From a virus (taxonomy: Duplodnaviria; Caudoviricetes), in IMG/VR virus record IMGVR_UViG_3300048578_000182, positions 1-30,200 of that record: a stretch of 30,200 nucleotides of DNA; one strand, written 5' to 3'. A program made the translations under genes and the position numbers. Positions 1 through 9,948 of this stretch are shown here, one piece after another. Under the pieces are notes generated by a model, which did no database searches, was not told where the DNA came from, and saw only the letters and a list, made by a program, of their open reading frames with translations. Positions within the stretch are counted from its first letter, which is position 1. The number at the start of each line of letters is the position of its first letter.

Positions 1-10
1 CTCTCCGCAG
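1..10 (+). tRNA. Probable 3' end of a tRNA-Ser (acceptor stem, CTCTCCGCA), i.e. prophage att core; truncated by the window edge
   Basis: CTCTCCGCA matches the typical tRNA-Ser 3' end. It is followed by a hairpin and lies 110 bp upstream of an integrase. Only 10 nt are visible. Confidence 0.5.
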
Positions 11-13
11 AAT

Positions 14-56
14 ATAGCGCAAGTTACATGTACAGTGTATCTTGCGCTATGTTTAT
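14..56 (+). terminator. Hairpin/terminator after the putative tRNA 3' end
   Basis: ATAGCGCAAG (14-23) pairs with CTTGCGCTAT (41-50), with inner TACA/TGTA, followed by GTTTATTTT. Confidence 0.55.
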
Positions 57-89
57 TTTGGAAAATGAGACGGAAGTGAGATTTTAACC

Positions 90-112
90 TTTATCTGATT
101 TTATCAGATAAA
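90..112. promoter_or_regulatory. Perfect 10-bp inverted repeat upstream of the integrase
   Basis: TTTATCTGAT-TTT-ATCAGATAAA, ending 7 bp before the integrase ATG. Confidence 0.45.
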
Positions 113-119
113 AAAAATA

Positions 120-1283
120 ATGTCTATACGTTCGGAAAATTTGAATTATTATCCTGCCGAAGTCCACAAGGGCAAGGATTATCATGTGAGTTATTATGTA
201 ACTAACCCAGATTCAGGGGTTTTAGTAAGAAAGAAAATCAGATTAAATCGATTATCAGGTGCAACGCGCGATAAATATGCCCGTGACCTAGTTCGTTTGC
301 TAAATGAGAAGTTAGCAAAAGGGTGGAATCCATTTATTGAAAAAAATGCCCCTAAATCGATAAAACCTATTATCGAGGTAATTGAGACCTATAGAAATTT
401 TATGACACGTGAATTGGAGAAAGATTCAATTCGATCGTATAATTCATTTCTTAATTTTTTTATTTTTTTCATTGAAAAAGAAATAAGAAATAAAAATTTA
501 TACATGTTTCAATTTACGAAAACACATGCATCGGAATTAATGATGTATGTGTTTGAACATAAGGCAAAATCGGCAAGAACATATAATAATTATTTGATCT
601 TTTTCAGAGCTTTATTTAATTGGTTTATGCAATATAATTATTGCACTCTGAATCATTTTATTTCAATAAAGAAATTAAAGCAAAAGGATAAAAATAGAAT
701 TCCGGTTCCTTCAGAGTTGAGAAATACATTAAGAACATACCTTGAAGAGAATAATAAGAATTTCTTATGCATAATGCTGTTGTGCTATTATTGTTTTATT
801 AGACCTAAAGAGATATGTCTACTTAAGCGAAGTGATTTTAATTTAGAGAAAGGACTCGTAAGAATTGATGAAGAGATAGCGAAAAATGATCACTTTAGTT
901 ATAGAACTATTCCTGATGATTTAATACAATGTCTAAAACCGATTTTAAAAGATGTGCCTGATCATCTTTATTTATTTTCTGCGAATTATCATGGCGATTA
1001 TAGTTTTCAACCAGGAATCAAGCAAATAGATTCGCGCAAAATTGGAAAATATTGGGGGAAACTTCGTGAGATTTTGCATATACCTAAAAACGTTACATTC
1101 TACAGTCTGAAAGATACTGGTATTATTCAGATGTCGAGAGATGGTGTATCGTGGAAGGATATTCAAGATCAGGCTGACCACTCAAGTGGTGATATTACTC
1201 GCATATATGCAAAATATAAGGAGAGTTCTGGTTCAGAACAAATAAGAGAGCGTGCTTCTACTTTTGGAAAAACAGATTCATAA
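120..1283 (+). CDS. int: Tyrosine recombinase / phage integrase
   Basis: IRPKEI (catalytic R), AKN (K), YSLKDTG (Bacteroidota variant of HxxR), ADHSS, TRIY (catalytic Y), and a SAM-like N-terminal region ending RTYNNYL. Confidence 0.93.
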   Translation: MSIRSENLNYYPAEVHKGKDYHVSYYVTNPDSGVLVRKKIRLNRLSGATRDKYARDLVRLLNEKLAKGWNPFIEKNAPKSIKPIIEVIETYRNFMTRELEKDSIRSYNSFLNFFIFFIEKEIRNKNLYMFQFTKTHASELMMYVFEHKAKSARTYNNYLIFFRALFNWFMQYNYCTLNHFISIKKLKQKDKNRIPVPSELRNTLRTYLEENNKNFLCIMLLCYYCFIRPKEICLLKRSDFNLEKGLVRIDEEIAKNDHFSYRTIPDDLIQCLKPILKDVPDHLYLFSANYHGDYSFQPGIKQIDSRKIGKYWGKLREILHIPKNVTFYSLKDTGIIQMSRDGVSWKDIQDQADHSSGDITRIYAKYKESSGSEQIRERASTFGKTDS

Positions 1284-2981
1284 ATACGGTTTAATCGTTA
1301 CTAGTTCAACCGAACCAATTTCTATCCCCTTATTCGACATCGTTAAGGGGATATTTTTTATAATAAAAGGTTGATTTTTAATTGTGTAAACTTCGTACCA
1401 CGTAAGCTTAGATATGATATAAGAAGGTAATCTGAGCGTTACAGTTGTACTTTTACACGATCTTTGTTTCCATAACGAATAATCAACGTAGTATCGATTA
1501 AACATCTCCTTCATTGTGAATTGATCAGTACTTCCACAAGGATACTTTAATTGATTACCAGTATCATTTGTTCCTGTTTTTATCCCTACGTATGGTACAA
1601 AGCAAAGTGGTGTGTTTTCGGCTGCATTTTTTATAAAGAAATTAGTACCAGATCGTTGAACAAATCCAGTGTTGTAATAAGGCCAGAGCTGATATGACAT
1701 AGGATTTCTCTCAGGTGAAATGGTAACACATTGTTCTTCTTTCGACTCCCTATTTTCATATTCTTCTGCAACTGCAGAAGAATAAGCAAAGTACTTACTA
1801 GACACACGCTTATAACTTAGCACTTTATTGTAATCTGCTTCAGTATCACCGGCAACTTCGGCATAGTAACCGGCATCTGTTGTTACGTACCATGCTTTTT
1901 TCGAATATACACCACCAACAGTCGGAAGATCATCCTGAGAATCGATTATGCCTTGAATAATAAACGGAAAATCGGCTTGTGTTTCGCCTGATATTTCGGC
2001 TCGTTCAAAACTATTACCTGCTTTGAGTTTAATTGCTTTACCTTCTGAAATTGAAGGTGTTAAATCAGATGACAGATATTCAGTTAAATCTAACGAAGTA
2101 TTTTGCAGGCTTATATTTTTGAATTGAATAATGCGTAATTCTCCCTTTGAATAGTCGAAAAAGAAAAAACAGCAAAACCTATATTCAACAGCTTCAATAA
2201 ATTCTTCGACCGTGCAATCTGGAACAATATGAGCATAGTTTAGAAATCCATTCGTTGTACTACCGGCGTTGTTATGAAGTACAACACAAATGCTTGCAAG
2301 TTCATCGTTACGTAAATCGTTACGAACGATGCGAAGACTGAAGTGCGATGCTATATAATCGATGACTGTATTAAGCCATAAAAATGGTAAGATATCTCTA
2401 TTTTCATAAATGCCAGATAACCGAAAAGCGTTCGGATCTGAAAGATTATCGTGCGCGATCGGGTTAACAATATTGTACGTAATGGTGCTGTCTTCTTCTT
2501 CAATCTTCATGCAGACCGGGAAAATAGCATAGTCCGATTTTGGGTAACGATTATCTGCTTTGATGTGCTTATTAAAGTAAGTTACCCATGCATATGCCGT
2601 AGATAAGCCCTGATCTGGAGTTGTTTTTGCTAAGCCCCAATTGAGCTCTGTAAGTTTGAGCTTCTTTACAGATGACCAGAAAGCCCCTTCGTTCGCTTCA
2701 ATGTTTAATTCGATAGAATCTTTTGAGGCTGCTGTCGTTTTAAGGACACCCCCAATTTCAAAATTGGCACAAGTCACTTTAACCTTTTCGGCAATAGTCT
2801 TGTAATATGCTTTGTCTATTTGATTCGGCATACCGCATAACGCCATATTTTTTCGTGATCCCTTAACAGAAAATGGATAGCTGTAACTACCCTGATCGCT
2901 CAACATTGGATTCTGAAGATTAAGCGAAATTTTAGAGTCAGAATTTAGATCGAATGTGCCGGCTGCGATTTCAATTTTCAT
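1278..2981 (-). CDS. Minor tail / tail-tip hub-like protein
   Basis: 567 aa. The N-terminus (LQNPML..QGSYSYPF) resembles Bacteroidota phage tail proteins. It is the last gene of the tail cluster and overlaps the integrase stop convergently. Confidence 0.6.
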   Translation of the reverse strand: MKIEIAAGTFDLNSDSKISLNLQNPMLSDQGSYSYPFSVKGSRKNMALCGMPNQIDKAYYKTIAEKVKVTCANFEIGGVLKTTAASKDSIELNIEANEGAFWSSVKKLKLTELNWGLAKTTPDQGLSTAYAWVTYFNKHIKADNRYPKSDYAIFPVCMKIEEEDSTITYNIVNPIAHDNLSDPNAFRLSGIYENRDILPFLWLNTVIDYIASHFSLRIVRNDLRNDELASICVVLHNNAGSTTNGFLNYAHIVPDCTVEEFIEAVEYRFCCFFFFDYSKGELRIIQFKNISLQNTSLDLTEYLSSDLTPSISEGKAIKLKAGNSFERAEISGETQADFPFIIQGIIDSQDDLPTVGGVYSKKAWYVTTDAGYYAEVAGDTEADYNKVLSYKRVSSKYFAYSSAVAEEYENRESKEEQCVTISPERNPMSYQLWPYYNTGFVQRSGTNFFIKNAAENTPLCFVPYVGIKTGTNDTGNQLKYPCGSTDQFTMKEMFNRYYVDYSLWKQRSCKSTTVTLRLPSYIISKLTWYEVYTIKNQPFIIKNIPLTMSNKGIEIGSVELVTIKPYL

Positions 2982-4126
2982 CTTATTGGAGTATAGCGTT
3001 TATCTTTAATGGCAAAGGTGATATCAATGTCAAATGATTTTGGAGAGAATGTATCGACAGCTAAAGGATGTGTATCGCGCTTAACGACAACAGGATAACG
3101 AGAACCTCTGTCGACCAGAAATACTTCAGGAGAAAGTAGCATATCGGATAACCACATTAATTCCGAACTCGTTTTATAACCTATTGAACCTTTAATGCTT
3201 AACGTACCACTACCACGATCAACAGCGGTGTAAAAACCTAATGTGCCGGGATGAAATTTATTGTAAGTTTCACCTTCAACAAGCTGATCGAGCTCCATAG
3301 TGCCGGTTAACTCAGTACTATCCCAAACATCATAAGCATTTTTGAACTCGAGTACACGTAGATGTTTAGTGCCTTCGGATGGTACAATTGCGTAAGTTAT
3401 TGTTGTAAAACCTTTGCGCTCAATGTCAATGATGTTAGGTAAATGACCATACGTATAATAAAACTTTTGCCTAACCTGATCTAAATCAATTGCGAAACAA
3501 GACAGCTCACTATTAGCAAAACCTGCTGTAACGGTTTGATTGTGAATATTTCTAAACGTAAACAACTCATTACCAGAACTTAAAAACCAAAATCGTTTAC
3601 TCTCATGCATACGAACAGACAGTGCGAAATCGGCAGTACGAGATGTAAGAAAATAATTTGAAGTCGGACTGAAATGTTTATTGCTGAATATATCGAATCC
3701 GGAAGCAAACACAGTATCACTTACACCAGCTCTAACGGCATACCATTTATTCTTATCTGCAGTCAGAATCTCTTCGTCAGCAAATTTACCTGCAGATGTG
3801 TACAGCGTTGCATGTAATTGATATGCAAACGTATAGCCTTCTTCTTTTAAAAATATATGATTAGATGTAGCTGCTGTATATTGCTCGAATTTTTCAAAAC
3901 AATACTGGAGAGCAGATGAAATATCAAAATTCGCAATTCCATTTACATGCGTTGTAGACAGACTGAATTCTTCAATCTGATTATTACATGAAGCCTCAAT
4001 TCTTAATACAACAAGATTAATTGTTTCGATTTCGGCTGTACTTAAATCTACTTTAAGAGTTACAGGCACAATATTCTCAGCATGAGCGTATTGTGAAGGT
4101 GATTTTACAAGTAAAATGTTTGCCAT
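2978..4126 (-). CDS. Putative tail (distal tail-like) protein
   Basis: 382 aa with C-terminal FKNAYDVWDS...WLSDMLLSPEVFL motifs seen in Bacteroidota phage tail proteins; ATGA overlap with the next gene. Confidence 0.55.
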   Translation of the reverse strand: MANILLVKSPSQYAHAENIVPVTLKVDLSTAEIETINLVVLRIEASCNNQIEEFSLSTTHVNGIANFDISSALQYCFEKFEQYTAATSNHIFLKEEGYTFAYQLHATLYTSAGKFADEEILTADKNKWYAVRAGVSDTVFASGFDIFSNKHFSPTSNYFLTSRTADFALSVRMHESKRFWFLSSGNELFTFRNIHNQTVTAGFANSELSCFAIDLDQVRQKFYYTYGHLPNIIDIERKGFTTITYAIVPSEGTKHLRVLEFKNAYDVWDSTELTGTMELDQLVEGETYNKFHPGTLGFYTAVDRGSGTLSIKGSIGYKTSSELMWLSDMLLSPEVFLVDRGSRYPVVVKRDTHPLAVDTFSPKSFDIDITFAIKDKRYTPIR

Positions 4127-4138
4127 CTCATTATTTTT

Positions 4139-5425
4139 TTAAACGTAACTCTCATTATTCTGGTAAGCACAACAAGCAGGCGTTGTAAGGGCAGCCCATT
4201 GCGCATCGGTATAGGTTGTTTGCGCATTTATAACAGTAGCATTGCGGTACTTCAACGACTTCCAACTTTGTTGTAAGAAAGTCTGCGATCCGATCGTAAC
4301 GATCGGATAAGCGTTGCCTTCCACATCGGTTGGAGGTGTTGATATATTCCAATTTTTATTTCGGACAAAGCGTACGCTTCCGGAATAGTAGTAATCGTTG
4401 GCTCCATTTAGCGTAACATCGGTATAGCTGTTAAGAATCGACATGTCATTGCTGTAGTTAGCCATAATATCAGTTGCTGACCAAAAGTGAACCAGTGAAC
4501 CTAATTGCATAAAAGCCCCGGCATTGCCTCTGTATCCTGCACCTAAAGCTTTGAATCCTGATTCAGGTGTAAGTACAGTGTTTACACCGCTCCAATGTAT
4601 AAGCCCCGGTTCTTTTAGTTTGCCGCCTGCACTGTTGTAAGTGTTACTGTCGACAAATGTTCCTCCGGCATCGAGCGCCAATTGAGCTAACTCATCCTTT
4701 GTTGGTAAGTGATAGCCAGCAGGAGCTAGGCTATAAGTAGGTGCTAAATTGTACCATATACTTGCGCCCGTTGTGAGTGCCAAAAATGCAGTTGTAGAAG
4801 TACTTAACGCTACCGTCGATCCATCGCGATACTTCGATGTTTGGGCGTTTTCGGCTGTCCAAACCTGAGTGCCAATTTTGACAGTCGGCAGTACATAGCC
4901 GTCATTTTCAACACAAAAACCAGTATCGTTTGAATCATCTTTGATATATCGAACTCCCAAACCCCACTCGCGATTACCATATGTATAATATGTGTAATTC
5001 GTATTTGGTTGAAAGTCCATATACCATGCTTTCACTCCATCATAGTAAGTAGTCCAGAGTCCTGTGTACTTCAGATCAGAAAACGCATCGGTGCTAAAAA
5101 GCGATCCGGCAGCAAATACATTGAAACCAAACTCGTTTGTAGGAACCAAATTCCCTCCGTTGCTTACGTAAAAGCTTGGTTCTCTGAGTTTATAACCCAT
5201 ATTGTCGCCGCCAATATGGGTTAAAAGAGTTGTTTTTTCGGCTTGTGTAGGAATGTGCCAACCGACAGGCGCAAGCCCTCGCGCGTCCATTACGGCATAG
5301 TAATTATACAGTCTGCCTTTTGATCGCGCACGGGCAGCAAGTACGTTGTACTGCCTTCCGTATGTAAAAACAGGACCAGTGACGCGCTTCAGATTACGCG
5401 AATGAAAATCGAGCATCCTACTCAT
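4139..5425 (-). CDS. Fib_succ_major (FISUMP, C-type-lectin-like) double-domain protein; putative receptor-binding protein
   Basis: Motifs GRLYN, APxGWHIPT, GFNVFAAG, VRYIKD, TVKIGTQVWTAEN, KYRDG each occur twice. It lies directly downstream of the tail fibre gene. Confidence 0.85.
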   Translation of the reverse strand: MSRMLDFHSRNLKRVTGPVFTYGRQYNVLAARARSKGRLYNYYAVMDARGLAPVGWHIPTQAEKTTLLTHIGGDNMGYKLREPSFYVSNGGNLVPTNEFGFNVFAAGSLFSTDAFSDLKYTGLWTTYYDGVKAWYMDFQPNTNYTYYTYGNREWGLGVRYIKDDSNDTGFCVENDGYVLPTVKIGTQVWTAENAQTSKYRDGSTVALSTSTTAFLALTTGASIWYNLAPTYSLAPAGYHLPTKDELAQLALDAGGTFVDSNTYNSAGGKLKEPGLIHWSGVNTVLTPESGFKALGAGYRGNAGAFMQLGSLVHFWSATDIMANYSNDMSILNSYTDVTLNGANDYYYSGSVRFVRNKNWNISTPPTDVEGNAYPIVTIGSQTFLQQSWKSLKYRNATVINAQTTYTDAQWAALTTPACCAYQNNESYV

Positions 5426-8400
5426 ATGCAGCTACGTTTACTTGTTTTATTGTACCGTCTACGTTCAAAAACGAGAACGTATTTGTTTTGCCTGATTCTA
5501 CTGTAGCTGTTGCAATTTTCTTCCAACCTGTTGGCATGGTAACTGTTATTCCGGCATTAACTGTTAGAATTAGCAAACAGGTGTGCCCGGCAGCGATGCC
5601 CGTAATTGTAAAATTTGTGATGTTGGCGGTTGCCGTTGCTGTAATAATACCTCTGTTTGTAAAGTCGAAAGTAGGTGTGCCGGAAACATTACCTTGTGCA
5701 AACACCGTATTTGAAGCGACCCAGTCAGTATAATTATCTATGAATTTGCCGTAGTCAGTTAATGATAAAGCTCCTGTTTGTGTCTTACTAGCCAGTGTTT
5801 TATCGTTAATAATAACTCGCCAACCCGGAGCATAATCAGTTCCATTATTTACATATACATAATCTCTATTAACTAACGCACCTGTTATAACTGCTGGAAA
5901 TGTAGTTGGGGTGTTAATTCGAATTGTATAAGCGTAAGCGTAACCAATTACTTCAACGACAGCACCTGCAAGAACAATTGGAGCTGGTGAATCGCTTATG
6001 TATTTATTTAAACTATAATTCCAACTACCTCTTGATACCCAATATCCTGTATCAAAAGCTCCGAGTGTAGCTAAGTAAGTAATAAAATCAGCAGTAGTTA
6101 TTGCAGCAAGAGAGCCGCCTAAATTAATTTCACCTGCAGTACGGCAAAATGCTGTACTATGAAAACCATCTAACAAATCAGCATTAAAATTGGTAACTTT
6201 TAATGTGCTCGCTGTCGCAAAACTATCAGCAACAACCTGAGGTACTACAATAGAATTATTATAAAAAACTCTTTCGAATGTATAACTATCGGTAGGAATT
6301 GCCCCTGCTGTATAATCTTGATAAAGAGTTGTATTTAAATGGTTTTGAAGCGTTATAAAGAAATTATTACTGTTGTAAATAAAATCAACATAAATTTCGA
6401 TATAATAATTAAGATCGGTTGAAGTACCAGTAGGTAGTACCAATCTTGCTTTTTTTACAATCGTAGTATCACCACCAAATTGATAGATGTATTTTCCTTC
6501 GCGATAACCAGTTGCGAAGGAAAACGATATTGGTTTTGCTGATATCGTATTAAATTCATTTGTTATATTAATTGTCCCATAAGCCCAACCTGTAGCCGGA
6601 GTTGTTAGTTTCGCAATACGCACCCATCCTATTTGTCCTGGGATGATGTATTTCGCATAGTCTTTATAATAAGCCCCTTCGAAACCATCAAGCAAGTCGG
6701 CATTCAGGTTGGGAACCCTAGCGTTACTCGCAACGCTAAGAGCCTTACAAGCCCAATCAACGGTAGGTAAATTACAATTACTAGCATTATATTTTACGAA
6801 ACCGTTGTGTAACTGATTTCTGTTATTCGGATTATTATACTGTGTAATAGAATCGTTTACCTCCTGATTTAAAATTGTAGTAGTATTATATGTAGTCCGG
6901 TAAGCAATTGGACTTAACGCATTTGAAGAATCACCTTTAAACCACAATGAGTAATCTTGAAATGAATAATATCTCAGACCGAACCAAAGTACACCATTAA
7001 TCAAAGCTGTGGCGAAATAAGCTGCTGTTGATGTTTGTTGATGAAGCAAATCATAGTATGCTTCAAGTTGATTACTACCAGCTGCCCATATGCTGTTTTT
7101 CGCAAATACTTTAACTTCCATTGATGATGAGTTTCCGGTAGCATTTTTGGCATTCGAGCGCGATGAGAAAAATGTTCCATACACGTAAGAACCTTCAGTT
7201 GTTAGCTCTGCACCGAATTTGAAGAACGGTATAAAGACTTCAGCAGATGTCGGGTAGAACCCAATTTTAACACCGAAGGTTATATCAGGTAGCGAGGTGT
7301 TTGGAAAATAATCGTGCGTATGATTAGATGCCGAAAAATCGGTCGCGTGTTTTCCGTCGAGCTGATCGGCATTAAGGTTAGTAACGAGGTTTGAGTTTGC
7401 CATCGCACCGCCAGTCTTCGGTAAAGCAGCATCGGCAGTAGTTTTAATGGATGTAATCTGAGCCTGTAGCTTACCAAACGCGACAATAATAGAATCGGTT
7501 GCTGTAATTGCTAAATTACTTGCAAAAGATAAGCCTGTCAATAAAGCGTTTAGAACTCTACTTGTTGTAAAGTAAAGATTTGTTGCACCTTCTGTAACGG
7601 AATCGGTAGAGCCGGGACTAGCAGCAATATTCACGTAAGTGGATCCAGACCAACGATATATTTTATCAGTCGCTGAATCTGTATATATTTTGCCCGATTC
7701 GCCAGGTAGAGGGAATGCCGACCTTGTTAGAAACTCAAGAACGTCATCGACATAAGAAGGCAATAAAGAAGCAGGCACTTTACCCGCATTATCAAGTCCG
7801 GCATAACCGTTTACTGCGTTTTTATTTGCTATGTTTTCGGGTGTGTAACCGAGATTGTCTTGCTTATTATTCTTCAGATATTGAAGTGAAGCATTGATTT
7901 TTGAAATACCTTGAAGTAAGCTATCAGTAGGTAAAGCCAGTACAAATGATACCGCTGTGTTTAATAGCCCAGTAAGGAACCCTAAAACACCATCGGCGCC
8001 AGTATCCCCTTTATCTCCTTTTAACCCTTGAATGCCTTGTATTCCCTGTATTCCTTGATCGCCTTTGTCTCCTTTGTCTCCTTTTATAGCAAGAACAAAA
8101 TCTTCAAGTGTTTTATTTTCGTTACCGGCAATCATTAACCAAGCATCGAAAGCTGAATTACCAGTTTCGCCTTTTTCGCCCTTTAAAGCAGCAAGAAAAT
8201 CGATAAAAGAAGCTTCAGTGTTACCAGTATCGAGTTTCCAAAGCTCGAAAGCTGAGTATCCGGCATCACCACGCATTGCTTGCATGAAGTCGCCAACATC
8301 CTTCCCTTGATTTTGAGGTAAAGAAAGCCAAGTATCAAAAACAGATGCACCTTTGTCGCCTTTGTCACCTTTAAGCGCTTCAAAAAACTCGAGCATTGTT

Positions 8401-8510
8401 TTACCTGCATTACCCGGCATCATTAACCATAATTGATAAGCAGATAAACCTGTAGCTCCTAAAGAAGATTGCCCCCCTGCTGCTGATTTAAGTATTACTA
8501 GATTCTCCAT
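5418..8510 (-). CDS. Tail fibre protein with collagen-like repeats
   Basis: 1030 aa: four SAxxxW..GN...F..A[LMI][KR]G repeats, a Gly-X-Y run (GDKGDKGDQGIQGIQGIQG), GYAGLD..GKVP..LPSYVDDV, and three N[LF]NAD[LQ]LDG motifs. Confidence 0.85.
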   Translation of the reverse strand: MENLVILKSAAGGQSSLGATGLSAYQLWLMMPGNAGKTMLEFFEALKGDKGDKGASVFDTWLSLPQNQGKDVGDFMQAMRGDAGYSAFELWKLDTGNTEASFIDFLAALKGEKGETGNSAFDAWLMIAGNENKTLEDFVLAIKGDKGDKGDQGIQGIQGIQGLKGDKGDTGADGVLGFLTGLLNTAVSFVLALPTDSLLQGISKINASLQYLKNNKQDNLGYTPENIANKNAVNGYAGLDNAGKVPASLLPSYVDDVLEFLTRSAFPLPGESGKIYTDSATDKIYRWSGSTYVNIAASPGSTDSVTEGATNLYFTTSRVLNALLTGLSFASNLAITATDSIIVAFGKLQAQITSIKTTADAALPKTGGAMANSNLVTNLNADQLDGKHATDFSASNHTHDYFPNTSLPDITFGVKIGFYPTSAEVFIPFFKFGAELTTEGSYVYGTFFSSRSNAKNATGNSSSMEVKVFAKNSIWAAGSNQLEAYYDLLHQQTSTAAYFATALINGVLWFGLRYYSFQDYSLWFKGDSSNALSPIAYRTTYNTTTILNQEVNDSITQYNNPNNRNQLHNGFVKYNASNCNLPTVDWACKALSVASNARVPNLNADLLDGFEGAYYKDYAKYIIPGQIGWVRIAKLTTPATGWAYGTINITNEFNTISAKPISFSFATGYREGKYIYQFGGDTTIVKKARLVLPTGTSTDLNYYIEIYVDFIYNSNNFFITLQNHLNTTLYQDYTAGAIPTDSYTFERVFYNNSIVVPQVVADSFATASTLKVTNFNADLLDGFHSTAFCRTAGEINLGGSLAAITTADFITYLATLGAFDTGYWVSRGSWNYSLNKYISDSPAPIVLAGAVVEVIGYAYAYTIRINTPTTFPAVITGALVNRDYVYVNNGTDYAPGWRVIINDKTLASKTQTGALSLTDYGKFIDNYTDWVASNTVFAQGNVSGTPTFDFTNRGIITATATANITNFTITGIAAGHTCLLILTVNAGITVTMPTGWKKIATATVESGKTNTFSFLNVDGTIKQVNVAAYE

Positions 8511-9457
8511 TAAAATGAACGGATTAAAAGAGTTACTTCATTTACAATATTCATTACACCGCCCGAATAACAAGGAACCGGTTTTGTTGTAGCATTTTGA
8601 CGAATCTTCACCCAATCTCGCCACTCAGGATGCAAATCGAAACCCACTTTACATTGAGTTGTCATTTCGCTCATTAGAAAACGAGCTAAGAAATTCTCAT
8701 TGTTTGTTCCGTTACTTCCGGCTAAGGTTGTTTTGTAGATATAAACCGGAAAGTCACTTTTTTTTATGATCGCCTCATGGTAGGTTCGAACTATACTTCC
8801 CAATGTTTCGCGACAAACAATTGGAGAGAATGAGGTGTTGTGTGTGAACCAATAGTGAAGTTTAAAATCGATATCTATATCGCAATCGAGGTTAATTTTG
8901 ACTAATCCGGAAGCATATGTACATGTACCTAGATTGTCAGCATAGGCTTGACCATTAGCAATAACATCTGCTTGAGCTTTAGCATTTGCATCAGCTTGCG
9001 AGATCCACGATTCATATTTACCTGCAGGGACTGTATAGGTAGTTCCCAGGATAGGAAAATTACCAACACCGGCACACGTTTTTTTATAAAACATTTGAGC
9101 AATTTTCTCATTCTTATAAGCCGCTTTGAGTTCGCATGATCCGTTTACATTAGCATAAGCTTGAGCGTTTTTATCGATATCGGCTTGAGCTAATGCATCA
9201 GCTTCAGCTTGACTTATCTCAGATGTATATTTACCTGCAGGGACTGTATATTTTACCGTTGTACCGACTTTACCTGCAGCACAATCATTACGCTGTATTT
9301 CAATAGACTTTTCGATATTACTAAATGCAGGTGTTGGCGGTGTTGGCAAAGAAGGTAACGGATCGTTTTCGATCACAAGTATATTGCCAACATGCCCACC
9401 ACATTCGGTAAGAGGGAAAACACTGCGAGGTAATATGATTTTAGTCGGATCGGACAT
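8510..9457 (-). CDS. DUF5977-repeat protein (two copies), probably virion-associated
   Basis: Two repeats of N..C..G...YTVPAGKY.S.ISQA.A...AQAD....QAYA...G.C. Confidence 0.75.
   Translation of the reverse strand: MSDPTKIILPRSVFPLTECGGHVGNILVIENDPLPSLPTPPTPAFSNIEKSIEIQRNDCAAGKVGTTVKYTVPAGKYTSEISQAEADALAQADIDKNAQAYANVNGSCELKAAYKNEKIAQMFYKKTCAGVGNFPILGTTYTVPAGKYESWISQADANAKAQADVIANGQAYADNLGTCTYASGLVKINLDCDIDIDFKLHYWFTHNTSFSPIVCRETLGSIVRTYHEAIIKKSDFPVYIYKTTLAGSNGTNNENFLARFLMSEMTTQCKVGFDLHPEWRDWVKIRQNATTKPVPCYSGGVMNIVNEVTLLIRSF
9014..9250. repeat. 24-bp exact direct repeat between the two DUF5977 copies
   Basis: ATATTTACCTGCAGGGACTGTATA at 9014-9037 and 9227-9250. Confidence 0.9.
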
Positions 9458-9459
9458 AA

Positions 9460-9948
9460 TTATAAGATTTTTAAAAAGTTGCGAAGTTTAAATAAGGCAA
9501 CTAAAAAAATGATTAGAACAACAAACCAGTACCAATACCGGGCAAGCAACGAAGGTTTGACAGTCGTTTTGTCTGTTGACGTTGTACCCTTTTTATCTCT
9601 GTCTACCGACGTTTTTGCTATCTCATTATTAACGGAGTCATTTTCGGTTGACCGCTTTTTTACAGCATTTTGCTGTGTTGTTTTGCGGCTAACGGTTTGT
9701 TTTGTTGGAACACTTGATGTTGTGTTGTCTGAGTTTTTAACAACTGTAAATGAGGTAGTTATCGTTTCTTCGGTAACTACCTTAGAAGAATCTGTTTTCG
9801 TCTCAGTTTTGCTTTTCGTCTCGGTGACCTTAGCAATTGAGTCGGTTTTTGATTGATGCAATTCGGTAGATGCCGATTGCTCAATATGCTTTGTTGTTTT
9901 ACACTGAATAAATAACAAACAGCAGATTATCAGTACATAAACTCTCAT
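9460..9948 (-). CDS. Putative unimolecular spanin (u-spanin)
   Basis: N-terminal lipoprotein signal (MRVYVLIICCLLFIQC), Thr/Ser/Lys-rich middle and a C-terminal TM helix (WYWFVVLIIFLVALF); located in the lysis cassette. Confidence 0.7.
   Translation of the reverse strand: MRVYVLIICCLLFIQCKTTKHIEQSASTELHQSKTDSIAKVTETKSKTETKTDSSKVVTEETITTSFTVVKNSDNTTSSVPTKQTVSRKTTQQNAVKKRSTENDSVNNEIAKTSVDRDKKGTTSTDKTTVKPSLLARYWYWFVVLIIFLVALFKLRNFLKIL

Noticed and set aside
4139-5425. Diversity-generating retroelement targeting the Fib_succ_major protein
   Set aside because: The Asn/Tyr-rich segments before VRFVR and VRYIK look VR-like, but I found no reverse transcriptase and no adenine-variant template repeat in the window. 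One could lie outside it.
5418-8510. Invertible tail-fibre shufflon
   Set aside because: No invertase, no inverted crossover repeats and no opposite-strand fibre cassettes were seen.
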